Virus record (IMG/VR): IMGVR_UViG_3300005336_000019
Location: 12,513-76,512 of that record
DNA from: a virus
Taxonomy: Duplodnaviria; Caudoviricetes
Length of the DNA: 64,000 nucleotides
Direction: 5' to 3' (one strand)
This document shows, in pieces, positions 42,792-52,505 of this stretch (the first letter of the stretch is position 1; every line of letters begins with the position of its first letter). The notes beneath the pieces were generated by a model that was not told the origin of the DNA, made no database searches, and worked only from the letters and a program-made list of their open reading frames with translations. Made by a program: the position numbers and the translations under genes.

Positions 42792-44318
42792 TCAGCTTCC
42801 CTGGACCGCCCTGGGCCGGTACGTCACACCCTGCTTCTTCGGGTGCATCGGGGTGACGTTCGTCTTCTCCTGCTCGATCTCTTCCATCATGACGATCTCT
42901 TCGAGGACGTCCCCGGTGAACACGTCGCCGACCGGTTCGCAGTACTCGCGCTCCAGCGAGACGTACTCCTCGTTCATCCGTTCCGCCGTCCGGCCGACCT
43001 CGGCAAGGATTTGATCCAGCGGCCTCTTCTCATCCTGGGCCGCCGACTCGGTGGCCCGGCTGACAAGCGCCAGCATCCGACGCATGGTGCGCTCCCGCAG
43101 GATGCGCGCTGCGACGAGCGGCTTGGTCGTGTCGTCGAAGGCGACCGCTTCCAGTTCGAGGGCGTAGGGCAGCACCTTCTCGAAGGTGCTTACCCCCATC
43201 TCCTCAACCTCGGCCGCCACCATGTCCGGCGTGATCACGTTCTCCTGCCGGGCCAGCCGGGCAGCCGCCTTGATGATCACGTTCATGCGGCTGTCGGTCT
43301 GGATGTCGACCTCGGCGATCCCGTAGGAGTGGCCGTACCGCAGAATCGATCCGACCAGGCTGCGCTCGACGGACTCCTGACTGAAGCCGCTGAACACCAC
43401 TGGCTTCTCGCGGTGCTCCTCCTCGACCAGGATCACCATCTCGGGCCGCTTCTTGATCGGCGTGAAGGGCACGATCTCGAACTCGTCGAGACCGAATCCG
43501 TGATCACGGTGATCGGAGAAGTCGGCGCCGTCGGCCATGAGCGGCGAGCACACCACCTTGACCTTGGTCACCACATTGCTCAGGTGCTTGTGCACCTCCT
43601 CGGCGAACTCCAGGCCGGTGCGGTCGCAGTCGGCCACGATGATCACCTCGGAGGCGCCCTTGAAGTAGCGGCCGTACTCCAGCCGCCACTTCGACTTGCC
43701 CGCACCCGAGACGATGGTCGTCACCGCTTCATCGGGGAAGTCCCGCCTCATCCGGTCGGCGTCCTTCTCGCCCTCCATGAGCCAGATCCGGCGCCCGGCC
43801 TTCGCCGCCTCGATCACCTTCGCCAGGTTGTAGAGCACCCGGCGCACCGAGGAGGGCAGACCCCACTTCTTACCGAACTTCTTGCTGGCGTCCGGCACCC
43901 ACTGGGCGAACGGCTGCGGGCAGCCGTCACCCTTGCGCGAGCACCGCGCGACCGCGTAGAGGAAGTTCCCGTTCTCGTCCGAATACCGGTACTCGGCCGA
44001 CTTGTGGCCGCCGCAGCCGTTCTTCTGGCAGGGCATCCACAGGTCGGCCGCGAGCTGACGGTCCTCGTCCCCCATCTGGCCGCCGTTGTCGAACAGGTCG
44101 GGCCAGTTGAGGTCGAGCGCGATGCGGATGTCGTCGGTGGCGCACCGGGCGTGACAGTTGAGCACCGCGCCCTTCTCGCCCTGGGTGATGCTGAGGGAAG
44201 CGTTCCGGTCCTCGTGTGCCGGGCACTGGGCGGTGTAGTACCCACCGTGCTGCTTGACCCGACTTCCGCTCCTGTCCAGCGCCGCGAGTACGTTCCTGAG
44301 TCCTGACCCTCGTGCCAT
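42792..44318 (-). CDS. DNA primase (CHC2 zinc finger + TOPRIM) fused to DnaB-N-terminal-like domain
   Basis: CPAHED...CHARC; MEGEKDA; VADCDRTG; C-terminal SVERSLVGSIL...RRML. Confidence 0.88.
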   Translation of the reverse strand: MARGSGLRNVLAALDRSGSRVKQHGGYYTAQCPAHEDRNASLSITQGEKGAVLNCHARCATDDIRIALDLNWPDLFDNGGQMGDEDRQLAADLWMPCQKNGCGGHKSAEYRYSDENGNFLYAVARCSRKGDGCPQPFAQWVPDASKKFGKKWGLPSSVRRVLYNLAKVIEAAKAGRRIWLMEGEKDADRMRRDFPDEAVTTIVSGAGKSKWRLEYGRYFKGASEVIIVADCDRTGLEFAEEVHKHLSNVVTKVKVVCSPLMADGADFSDHRDHGFGLDEFEIVPFTPIKKRPEMVILVEEEHREKPVVFSGFSQESVERSLVGSILRYGHSYGIAEVDIQTDSRMNVIIKAAARLARQENVITPDMVAAEVEEMGVSTFEKVLPYALELEAVAFDDTTKPLVAARILRERTMRRMLALVSRATESAAQDEKRPLDQILAEVGRTAERMNEEYVSLEREYCEPVGDVFTGDVLEEIVMMEEIEQEKTNVTPMHPKKQGVTYRPRAVQGS

Positions 44319-44381
44319 TCGCACAACCTCTCTCACCGGGCGCCGCGTACGCCCCACCGGTAGCGGGGCGTGCGACGACCA

Positions 44382-44918
44382 TCATGCCGGGCGATAGACC
44401 GGACCGCTCGGGTCGAACACGACAGGAACCTCGAAGCCCTCGGCGTCGTAGACGATCGTGTCGCCGCCGACGCGGATCACTTCGCTGGACAGCCGCTTCG
44501 CCGTCTCGCTTTCGAGGTCGGCGAGGGTCAGGATCGGGGCCGTCGTCTCATCGCTGAGGCGGCCGAGTTCGGAGGGGCTGAGTCCAGGAGCGTACACCAG
44601 CTCAGCCTTGTTAACGTGCTCCCGGCCGGTGCCGGAGGCGTACATGACGAGTCGCAGATGGCGCATCTCCTTGGCCGCCATGCGCCCGTCCCCGCCGCCC
44701 AGGATCTGGCCGACCGATGACCACACCTCGTCGTCGGACCGAAGCCCCGGCAGCAGCACGAGCACCTTCATTCCGCAGATCGCCGCGTTCAGCAGCATCT
44801 GCGCGCAGAGGACGTCCGGCCTGCCTCCCGAGTCGTTCGACACAAGCGACGTGACCGCGCCCTCCTTCAGTCCCCATCCGGGCCGCGCCAGAGCGATGGG
44901 CCCCACAGACACAACCAT
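44382..44918 (-). CDS. degenerate RecA/DnaB-C-like fold protein
   Basis: GLKEGAVTSLV...CAQMLLNAAICGMKVLVL, no GKT. Confidence 0.55.
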   Translation of the reverse strand: MVVSVGPIALARPGWGLKEGAVTSLVSNDSGGRPDVLCAQMLLNAAICGMKVLVLLPGLRSDDEVWSSVGQILGGGDGRMAAKEMRHLRLVMYASGTGREHVNKAELVYAPGLSPSELGRLSDETTAPILTLADLESETAKRLSSEVIRVGGDTIVYDAEGFEVPVVFDPSGPVYRPA

Positions 44919-44967
44919 CTCTTCACCCTTTCCGAGGGGTGAACCAACATCAACTTGGTTCACCCAC

Positions 44968-44991
44968 AGCCTACTACATGGCCTGGGCCAC
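44968..44991 (-). promoter_or_regulatory. Box GTGGCCCAGGCCAT upstream of -10 TAGGCT
   Basis: Plus-strand AGCCTACTACATGGCCTGGGCCAC. Confidence 0.6.
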
Positions 44992-44997
44992 TTCTAC

Positions 44998-45025
44998 TGG
45001 CAAGCCCCTCGAAAGGGGCTTGCCA
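44998..45025 (-). terminator. hairpin
   Basis: TGGCAAGCCCCT-CGAA-AGGGGCTTGCCA (UUCG loop on minus). Confidence 0.65.
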
Positions 45026-45125
45026 CCCGTCACCCATGGCTGCCATACTCTACATGCCGCCCCACGAGGGGCAGGAAGTGGGGCCAGGCCATCCGGTGGA
45101 CACCGGACGCCTGGCCTTCGCGCTT

Positions 45126-45572
45126 CTACCGGAGCTTCGCCCGGAACCGGGCGCCCCCGATGATCTCCTCGTCGGTCGCCTCGACAACCTTCTTCGTCAG
45201 CTCGCGGATCGGGCCGAAGCCGTTGTACGAGAAGTTCTTCGGCACGTTCATCGCCTGTTGCTTGCCCATCTCCAGCAGGCCGACGACGCTCAGCAGCCAG
45301 CCGTCGCAGACGGCGTACTTCGCAGCCTCGATGGTCCAGATGTCGAACCATTCCCGGATCGCGTCACGCCGTCCCCGCAGGTGGGCCGTCTTCAGCCACT
45401 TCCGGTACTTCTCGGCCTTCCCGTCGGCCTCCAGGTACTTTTCGTTGATCCACTTGCGTTCGGAGATCACGAGGCTGACGTCCCGGGGCTCCATCACGAA
45501 GAGGTCGCCGGGCGGAGCCAGCCGTCCGAGCGGACCGAGATCGTCGCAGACCAGGAACTCTCCCGTGATCAC
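45126..45572 (-). CDS. hypothetical protein coupled to dnaB
   Basis: GTGA overlap. Confidence 0.8.
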   Translation of the reverse strand: MITGEFLVCDDLGPLGRLAPPGDLFVMEPRDVSLVISERKWINEKYLEADGKAEKYRKWLKTAHLRGRRDAIREWFDIWTIEAAKYAVCDGWLLSVVGLLEMGKQQAMNVPKNFSYNGFGPIRELTKKVVEATDEEIIGGARFRAKLR

Positions 45573-46930
45573 GACGAGATCCCGGCGAGCATGTCGGACG
45601 GGTTGAGGAACCGGCTGTGGGCGCCGTCGAACAGCATCACCCGCTCGGCCGTCTTGCCCCCTCGGTTCTTCGCGAGGATCAGGTCGGCCTCCTTGCCGCG
45701 CGCCGTGTCGGGATCGATCTTGAACGGCAGGTGGACCAGGATGACCACGTTCGCGTCCTGCTCGATCTGGCCGGACTGGCGCAGGTCGGTCAGCTTCGGC
45801 TTGCCGTCGTCGCGACCGGCCGACTCACGGTTGAGCTGAGCCAGCGCGATGATGATGACCCGGAGCGTACGGGCCAGCCTGCGCAGCCCTTCCGAGACGA
45901 TCGCCACGTCCACCGTCGGGTTGCCGGTCGGCTTGTCCGGCTTCACGAGCTGGAGGTAGTCGATCACGAAGACCTTCGCACCCTTCTCCCGGGCCGACTT
46001 GCGGACCTTCAGCGCGATCTCTCCGAGCGTCTGGCCCGGGTCGTCGTCGACCGTCATCGGGTAGTCGGCCTGGCTGGCGTCGTACTCGATCAGTCGCTCG
46101 ATCGCCTCGGCGTCCACCCGGCCGTCACGGATGTCCTCGAAGGGGATGCCGGTCTCGGCCGACGCGTTGCGCTGGCCCAGCTCCTCCTTCGGCATCTCCA
46201 ACGAGAAGATCTCCGTGGCCATCCCCTGGTGCGCCACGTTCCGCGCGACCTGGGCGCCGACGGTGGTCTTGCCGTGGCCGGGCCGCCCGGCGATCACGAT
46301 GAACTGGCCCAGCCGCATGCCGCCGGTCAGTTCGTCGATGTCGTGCAGCCCCATCGGGATGCCCTTCTCCATGGTCCGCCCGTGGAGGATGTGCCCCAGG
46401 GCAGCCTCGGAGACCTGCGATGCGGAGAAGGTGGTCTCCACCTTCGTGGAGGTGTCGATGACCTCCGACACCACCACCGAGACCTCCCCGGCGATCTCGC
46501 CGTAGGACCCGCCGCCCGCCTGGACCCGGCCGGAGGACTCCACCAGCACCTTGTGCAGCATGCGCCGCCGGTACAGGTCGAGCAGGCTCCGCGCCCCGCC
46601 GTGCGAGGCCGCGAGGTTCCCGGCCTTCGACGGCAGGCTGTGCACGTGGTCGAACAGCTCGGCGGTCAGCTCCCCCTCCTGCCGCAGGGCGCCGACGACC
46701 GCCACCGGGTCGGTGTGGCCGCCGTCGATGAAGCAGGACAGGAACGCCTCGTACACCTTGCGGTTCAGCGGGTCGTGGAACACTTCCGGCCCGGCGTCCC
46801 GCAGGATGTCGGTGACTTCGTCACGACAGTCGAGCGGGTGGCCGTCGGAGACGAGCAGTTCCCCCAGAACGGCCGTCTCCGCGTGCGGGTCGACCATGGT
46901 TCCGCCCGCAATGGCGCGTACTTCACCCAC
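45569..46930 (-). CDS. dnaB: Replicative DNA helicase
   Basis: AGRPGHGKTT, FSLEM, VIDYLQL, AQLNR, DLRQSGQIEQDA, KNRGG. Confidence 0.97.
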   Translation of the reverse strand: MGEVRAIAGGTMVDPHAETAVLGELLVSDGHPLDCRDEVTDILRDAGPEVFHDPLNRKVYEAFLSCFIDGGHTDPVAVVGALRQEGELTAELFDHVHSLPSKAGNLAASHGGARSLLDLYRRRMLHKVLVESSGRVQAGGGSYGEIAGEVSVVVSEVIDTSTKVETTFSASQVSEAALGHILHGRTMEKGIPMGLHDIDELTGGMRLGQFIVIAGRPGHGKTTVGAQVARNVAHQGMATEIFSLEMPKEELGQRNASAETGIPFEDIRDGRVDAEAIERLIEYDASQADYPMTVDDDPGQTLGEIALKVRKSAREKGAKVFVIDYLQLVKPDKPTGNPTVDVAIVSEGLRRLARTLRVIIIALAQLNRESAGRDDGKPKLTDLRQSGQIEQDANVVILVHLPFKIDPDTARGKEADLILAKNRGGKTAERVMLFDGAHSRFLNPSDMLAGISS

Positions 46931-46953
46931 GTTTGTTCTCCTTATCCGTTTCT

Positions 46954-47898
46954 TCAGCTCTTCAGCAGGTTGGCCCGGTCACGCTGGGCCTGGTACTCAC
47001 GCAGCCTCGCGTCGATCTTCTCCTGCTCCTCGGGGCTGATGTCCAGGCCGGGCCGCTGGTGGAACTGCTTCGGCGGCACGTACCGGTTGAGCTGGTCGTC
47101 TTCCTTCGGTGCCTCGGGCATCACGGTGCGCGTCTTCGGCGGCTTGCCAAGGTCCCCCGCCTTGCTGATCAGCAGTCGCTCCGGGGCATTGACCCGGGGG
47201 TTCAGCTCGGCCGCCATCCGCAGCGCCAGTTCGCGCGGGTTCCATCCGGCCTCCAACGCCGGGCGCACCGCAGCGGCAACACGCTCGCAGGCGGCCGACA
47301 TCAGGCGCAGCCGGGGCTCGGTGTTCCGTGCGGTGATCTCTTCCAGCTCGACGACGAACTCCGCCTCGGCGCCGGTCGGCCCGGAATCCTCCAGGGCCGA
47401 CATGTCGAACTCGGGCTCCGGCTCCTCGGCCTCTTCGTCCATGAGGACGATCGCCTGCGCCTGCGCTTCCTGCTGGCGGGCGCCCTTACGGGGCCTGCGG
47501 TTCAGCGGCACCGTCACGAAGACCACGCTGCGGCTCTTCTTTTTGCTGATCGCGGCGGCCTCGGCCATCACGCTCTTGGGTCCGGCGTACTCCTCCGGCG
47601 GCACCACGACGAACTCGAAGTCGGCACCCTCGCCGGACTGCGGGTTGTTGAGCCTGCGCAGGATTCCCTTCTTAGCCAGGGCCTGCATCGCCTTGTGCGC
47701 AGTGCTCACCGACACGAGGCCGTTGGAGATCTCGTTGACCCAGGCGGCGGTCGCGCGGAAGCCGGTCTCGGGCACACCTCCGTGGGTGTGCTTCAGGTTG
47801 CCCTTGATGATCGAGTAGATCCGGTACTCGGTGGACGTCACGTCCGGGTGCAGCAGCACCCAGTCGTCGACCACGGTGAAGTGCCTTGAATCCGACAT
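46954..47898 (-). CDS. Putative replication initiator (N-terminal HTH)
   Basis: FTVVDDWVL...TEYRIY...STAHKAMQALAKKGIL; upstream of dnaB. Confidence 0.7.
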   Translation of the reverse strand: MSDSRHFTVVDDWVLLHPDVTSTEYRIYSIIKGNLKHTHGGVPETGFRATAAWVNEISNGLVSVSTAHKAMQALAKKGILRRLNNPQSGEGADFEFVVVPPEEYAGPKSVMAEAAAISKKKSRSVVFVTVPLNRRPRKGARQQEAQAQAIVLMDEEAEEPEPEFDMSALEDSGPTGAEAEFVVELEEITARNTEPRLRLMSAACERVAAAVRPALEAGWNPRELALRMAAELNPRVNAPERLLISKAGDLGKPPKTRTVMPEAPKEDDQLNRYVPPKQFHQRPGLDISPEEQEKIDARLREYQAQRDRANLLKS

Positions 47899-47969
47899 GG
47901 CTTCCGCTGTAACCTTTCAGTCAGTTTGCTTGATCGAGGCCCCAGTTCACGCTGGGGCCTTCTCCTTTC

Positions 47970-48365
47970 TCAGGAGAAGGCTGCCACCAGCTTGCCGTTC
48001 GGGCGCCGGTAAGCGTCCAGCTCGTCGCGGATGTCGGGCGGGTACGCCTCCATCTGAAGCCGGACCTTGCCGCTGCGGTACACGGCGACCTTCGTGATCG
48101 CCTCGATGTCCAGCAGGAACTGCATTGGCTTCTTCCACTCGCCGTCCTCGCCGAACAGGGCGTCGGCCCAGTCCTTCGAGATGGTGACGCGCATCCTGTC
48201 GGAGTCCTCCATCGTCGCGGCGGAGGCGATCCGCGCGTACAGGCCCAGGGCCTCGAACTCCTCGCTGAGCTTCGCCACCACCCAGATGGGGAACGGCGCC
48301 GTCTGGGCGTACTGCCCGAACTCGTTCATCAGGGTCGCGTCGATGACGCTGGCCTCGTGTCCCAT
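47970..48365 (-). CDS. hypothetical protein, possible winged-helix
   Basis: RBS AAGGAG; PIWV...ALGLYARI. Confidence 0.75.
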   Translation of the reverse strand: MGHEASVIDATLMNEFGQYAQTAPFPIWVVAKLSEEFEALGLYARIASAATMEDSDRMRVTISKDWADALFGEDGEWKKPMQFLLDIEAITKVAVYRSGKVRLQMEAYPPDIRDELDAYRRPNGKLVAAFS

Positions 48366-48391
48366 GCCGGTCACTCCTTTCCGTAGTTGCG

Positions 48392-49060
48392 ACTCTAGCA
48401 GAATGATCTCGGCAGTGCAGCTAGAAGTCGCCCCCTTGTCCACCAGAAGGTACTCCCTCTATCCGCGTATGAGAAGGGTGCGACAGGGAGAGCGGGGTCA
48501 CATTGATGACATGTTCACGCTAGTAGAGATGTCCAAATTTGCCATGAAATACCCTTGACCTCTCGTTGCCAAAGTAGGCCATATGGTTGACCATATGAGG
48601 TCAACGTCCCTGGCAGAAAATGACAGAGTCGGTAGCCCACCTGACCTGGGGAAACGTCGATTTTCCACCCCCTATAGAAGTATCTAGAAGTCCTCCTCTT
48701 CAGGCTTGGCTCCAGCCATGCCAGGCACATGCCGGAGTGGGTTCCCCACCCACCGGCCCGCACCTGACCTGTCTTCCGCCAAGCCTTCATCGTCGTCCTC
48801 AGCGCGTCGGCGCTCCGCGCCGCCGGAGGAGGGATGGACTCGCTGCGCTCGAAAGACCTCTGGGCTTCTGTTGTCTGCCGGGTGCGGGGTGCTGGCGGGG
48901 CTCGCGCTGCGGGTGAGGCAGGAAGGTGGCTGGGCGCCCGGCTGCGGGCCGGTGGCGGGTGCGGCGCCCCTCGGGTGGTCGGCGAGCGCAGTCGGCCGCC
49001 TGCGAGCCGCAGGGGCCTGAAGGCGTACGTGAGAAGTAGGGTGGCCGGGTTTCCCCGACT
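48392..49060. promoter_or_regulatory. Divergent non-coding region, candidate replication origin and promoters
   Basis: Relatively AT-rich 48.5-48.7 kb, nested inverted repeats, CCTGACCTG x2, -10 TAGAGT on minus at 48392-48397. Confidence 0.5.
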
Positions 49061-49065
49061 GGAGG

Positions 49066-49347
49066 TTGATCATGGCAATACCGACCGGCGCCTACGCCGT
49101 CACGTACCGGCTGTGGCTGTTCAACGACACGGACCCCGAGAACCCGGTGGACACCGGCATCGAGCAGACCTTCCCGCTCACGAACGGCTTCGGCTCGACG
49201 GTGACGGAGAACGAGGACGCGGCAGCCGAGGCGGCGATGGGCGCCTGGAAGGCGTCGATGGAGGCGGCATATCCCGGTGTGACGGTGAACGCGAACCGGC
49301 AGTACCTGGTGCGCACCGAGACTGACGCGTGGCCCTGGTCCTCCTGA
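49066..49347 (+). CDS. hypothetical protein
   Basis: RBS GGAGG. Confidence 0.8.
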   Translation: MIMAIPTGAYAVTYRLWLFNDTDPENPVDTGIEQTFPLTNGFGSTVTENEDAAAEAAMGAWKASMEAAYPGVTVNANRQYLVRTETDAWPWSS

Positions 49348-49393
49348 TTCGGCCCAGGCCATCAAGATCCGCTGATATCCTCTCCGTTGGGGA

Positions 49394-49795
49394 ATGGGCC
49401 CCGACGGAGAGGATGAGATCATGGGAGCGATGGACGCGGCGGACCGCAAGGTGAACGCGGTGAAGGATCTGCTGTACACGGAGGGGGTCCGCAGCAATGA
49501 GCATGTCCACCTGGACGTATACCCGTCGGCCGACCGCCTGACGGTGACGACCTCGGTTCACCGGCACCACTACGACTGCGAGGGATGCCGCAGCAGGACG
49601 CTCGGCGCGAAGATCATGGAGGGTCTGAAGCGCGGCCTCCCCCCGACGTGCCCGCAGTGCCGGATCCACAACGAGTCGATGGAGTTCGAGCAGCGGGCGC
49701 TCCTCAAGCGGATCGCAGCCGTGCTCAGCCGGGAGTTCACGGTCACCGACGAGTACGCGGGCTCGGTGGTCGCGTCGGTGGGCATCGCCGTCTGA
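49394..49795 (+). CDS. hypothetical zinc-ribbon protein
   Basis: CEGC...CPQC. Confidence 0.75.
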   Translation: MGPDGEDEIMGAMDAADRKVNAVKDLLYTEGVRSNEHVHLDVYPSADRLTVTTSVHRHHYDCEGCRSRTLGAKIMEGLKRGLPPTCPQCRIHNESMEFEQRALLKRIAAVLSREFTVTDEYAGSVVASVGIAV

Positions 49796-49874
49796 ACTTC
49801 TTGAAATGGCAGCCAAGTTCAGAATAGGCTCCTCATAGGAGGTGGGCGCGGCCCACCAGTGGGAGGGAGAGACC

Positions 49875-50195
49875 ATGGTCATCCTGGTGTCGCCGGACTC
49901 GCGCGGCCGGATCAACCTGAACCGGGTGGTTCAGGACCGGCAGTACGCGGTGACGGTCGACGGGGACGGCGTGATCACGCTGACGCCCTCGGTCGTGATC
50001 AGTGAGCGCGAACTGCTGGACCTGACCGCTGTTCGGCCGGTGCTGTCTCCGGAGGAGGCGTTCGGCCAGCGCGGCGCGGTCGAGGCGGCGCAGGCCGTGC
50101 AGGACAACCGCGCGTCCCGCAGTGCGGGGGACTGGGGGCGCCGGATTTCCACCCCGGCTGACCTGAGTGCGCTGATCTGGGGGGACGCGGCATGA
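49875..50195 (+). CDS. AbrB/MazE-like antitoxin
   Basis: PDSRGRINL...DGVITLTP; overlaps toxin. Confidence 0.7.
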   Translation: MVILVSPDSRGRINLNRVVQDRQYAVTVDGDGVITLTPSVVISERELLDLTAVRPVLSPEEAFGQRGAVEAAQAVQDNRASRSAGDWGRRISTPADLSALIWGDAA

Positions 50196-50497
50196 GGTTC
50201 ACGCTGGAGATCACCCCGGCCGCCGAGAAGGGGATCAAGAAGATCCGCAAGTCCGGCGACCGGGGCAAGTTGAAACAGGTCCAGTCCGCGCTGGAGAAGC
50301 TGGCCGACAATCCGGCCCATCCCGGTCTGAACACGCACCGGATGAAGCCCGAGCCCCGCTTCGGAAACCGCGACGACCTGTGGATCTCGTACATCCGCAT
50401 CGGCCCCGGCGGCGAGCGCATCCTGTGGGCGTACGGCGAACAGGGTGAAGAGGTCAAGGTCATCGAGGTCGAGTACATCGGCCGCCACATCGACTGA
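50192..50497 (+). CDS. RelE/ParE-like toxin
   Basis: FTLEITPAA...LADNPAHPGLNTH...RILW...IGRH. Confidence 0.75.
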   Translation: MRFTLEITPAAEKGIKKIRKSGDRGKLKQVQSALEKLADNPAHPGLNTHRMKPEPRFGNRDDLWISYIRIGPGGERILWAYGEQGEEVKVIEVEYIGRHID

Positions 50498-50509
50498 CTG
50501 CCCAGATCC

Positions 50510-50530
50510 TCAACTCCCTTGTGGTAGAGT
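50510..50530 (+). promoter_or_regulatory. Promoter TCAAC-N5-TGTGG-TAGAGT
   Basis: Repeated at 52518 and 53526. Confidence 0.6.
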
Positions 50531-50639
50531 AGTTTTCAGGAGAAAGGGAGGAGCCCCGGGGGCGCCCGCGCTCCGGCCAAGAACAACGGCACCCCGGGGC
50601 TTTCGGCCCATCTCACATCGGAATCGGACGGAGAAGAGC

Positions 50640-51395
50640 TTGACCACGCTCAGCATCGACAACATGCCCGAGGTCGTCCACGAGCCGTACGCCTTCCTGC
50701 TCGACAAGACGGGCGTCGAGCCCATCGTCGAGCGCAACGGCTACGGCAAGATCCTGCTCACCCACCTGGGCGAGCGGACGAAGATGACCATCAAGTTCCG
50801 CCTCGACGGCCGGAAGTGGCGCTGGGAGAAGTCCCACCTCTTCATCGACGGCAAGGCCAAGCCCCTGGCCAGCGGATGGGACATGTACGTCTCCATCTAC
50901 AAGGACCCGGACAACGGCCGCAAGGACTTCGTCCCGGCGGGCGCCAAGAAGGCCAAGCTGCCCGAGATGCGCACCGTGGAGAACGAGGAGCACCTGCCCT
51001 CGACGGTGGCCGAGTGCCTGCGCAGCATGCGCGGCGCCAGCACCAAGACGACCACGGTCGTCACGGCCTCGATCTCGCTCGACGGCAAGCAGTACATCCT
51101 GAGCGTCACCGACACCGACGAGGACGGCGACGAGAGCACGGTCGCCCTCACCTTCGGGTTCGTCGGCGGCGGCTCCGGGTCGATGGACTGGACGATCACG
51201 GGTGGGCTGGCGGTCAACCGCCGGGGCTACGACGTGACCAACCACCTTCACTGCGACCTGAACACGTTCCTCATGGACCTGCTCGGCGCCCAGTCGCGGG
51301 CCGCTCAGGTGCCGTTCGTCCCGGGCGGATCCGCCCAGCAGGCGGCGACCACGAACTCGGTCAACGTCCGCAAGTCCACCGTCTTCCGGATCTGA
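50640..51395 (+). CDS. hypothetical protein
   Basis: RBS GGAGAAG, TTG start. Confidence 0.85.
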   Translation: MTTLSIDNMPEVVHEPYAFLLDKTGVEPIVERNGYGKILLTHLGERTKMTIKFRLDGRKWRWEKSHLFIDGKAKPLASGWDMYVSIYKDPDNGRKDFVPAGAKKAKLPEMRTVENEEHLPSTVAECLRSMRGASTKTTTVVTASISLDGKQYILSVTDTDEDGDESTVALTFGFVGGGSGSMDWTITGGLAVNRRGYDVTNHLHCDLNTFLMDLLGAQSRAAQVPFVPGGSAQQAATTNSVNVRKSTVFRI

Positions 51396-51403
51396 GGAGA
51401 GCC

Positions 51404-51613
51404 GTGCGACGCATCGACGAGCCGGACCGTGGCGACCTGGCCCGCGCCTACCTGGGCAGGGCCAGGGAGCACGCCGACTTCCTGAACGAGCTGGCCGAGA
51501 AGAACCCGGACAAGCTCGACAACAAGGACCGCCAGATGCTGGCGGTCATGAACGCCCTGGTTGCCACCGCGATGGTCCAGGTGCCCGACGAGCCCGGCAT
51601 GCGGCTCGCCTGA
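51404..51613 (+). CDS. hypothetical protein
   Basis: RBS GAGGAG. Confidence 0.75.
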   Translation: MRRIDEPDRGDLARAYLGRAREHADFLNELAEKNPDKLDNKDRQMLAVMNALVATAMVQVPDEPGMRLA

Positions 51614-51627
51614 CGGAGGAGAAGAAC

Positions 51628-52080
51628 GTGAAGCGAGACGAGAGCGCTCCGCGCCCGAAGGTGGGCATCAGCCTGCTGGTGGTACGGCAGTTCGAGGGCA
51701 GGCTGCACATCCTGCTCGGTCAGCGCCGTGGCTCCCACGGTGAGGGCCAGTGGGGCACGCCGGGCGGTCACCAGGAGTTCGGTGAGACCTACGAGGAGAC
51801 CGGCCTGAGCGAGCTGGAGGAGGAGTGCGGCGACGAGATCAACGTCACCCGCCCCCGGTTCCTCTGCGTCACGAACCTGCGCGAGTACACGGACCAGGGC
51901 AAGCACTACGCCGACATCGGCATGGTGTCGCACTGGGTCTCCGGCGACCCGAAGCTGATGGAGCCGGAGAAGTGCCTCGGCTGGACCTGGCACCCGATCG
52001 ACAACCTGCCGACGCCGCTCTTCGCGCCGGTCGAGAACCTGGTCATCGCGTACCACACCGGCCAGCCGTACTTCGGCTGA
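51628..52080 (+). CDS. Nudix hydrolase (MTH2/NUDT15-like)
   Basis: PGGHQEFGETYEETGLSELEEECG; EPEKC..W.W. Confidence 0.92.
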   Translation: MKRDESAPRPKVGISLLVVRQFEGRLHILLGQRRGSHGEGQWGTPGGHQEFGETYEETGLSELEEECGDEINVTRPRFLCVTNLREYTDQGKHYADIGMVSHWVSGDPKLMEPEKCLGWTWHPIDNLPTPLFAPVENLVIAYHTGQPYFG

Positions 52081-52409
52081 TGGGGGACATTCTCGCCCGG
52101 GTCCGTGCCGCACGGACCCGGGCCTGGGCCGAGGGTATCGAGCTGGACCGGGTCTGGCGGATTGCCCAGGTCGTTCCGAGCGAGGCCGGGAAGCTGAAGG
52201 ACCAGGAAGCCGTCATGGAGTACGCGATGGACGAGCTTCGTGACGCGCTCACCCTGGACGGGGTGGCGCCGCGCCCCAGTCGCAGGGAGGCCAGCATCGA
52301 CCTCATGAAGTGGGGGGTCGACGAGGGCCTGATCTCCACCGTCCAGTACGACGCGTGGATGGCTGACCCGGATGCTCCGCAGGGTGGAGACTCTTACCCG
52401 TCCGAGTGA
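52080..52409 (+). CDS. hypothetical protein (paralog family C, distant)
   Basis: LMKWGVDEGLI...YDAWMAD. Confidence 0.75.
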   Translation: MGDILARVRAARTRAWAEGIELDRVWRIAQVVPSEAGKLKDQEAVMEYAMDELRDALTLDGVAPRPSRREASIDLMKWGVDEGLISTVQYDAWMADPDAPQGGDSYPSE

Positions 52410-52413
52410 ACCG

Positions 52414-52454
52414 AGCACGACGCCCCGTCTGAACCGGCGGGGCGTCGTGCTTTT
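52414..52454 (+). terminator. intrinsic terminator
   Basis: AGCACGACGCCCCG...CGGGGCGTCGTGCT-TTT. Confidence 0.8.
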
Positions 52455-52505
52455 CCCGGTCAGGTATACAGATTCGCCGGATTGTCTGCAAGACGCAGAG
52501 GTTTT

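Noticed and set aside
45126-45572. DnaC/IstB helicase loader (LVCDDLG)
   Set aside because: Walker-B-like string is at the extreme N-terminus with no Walker A; too short
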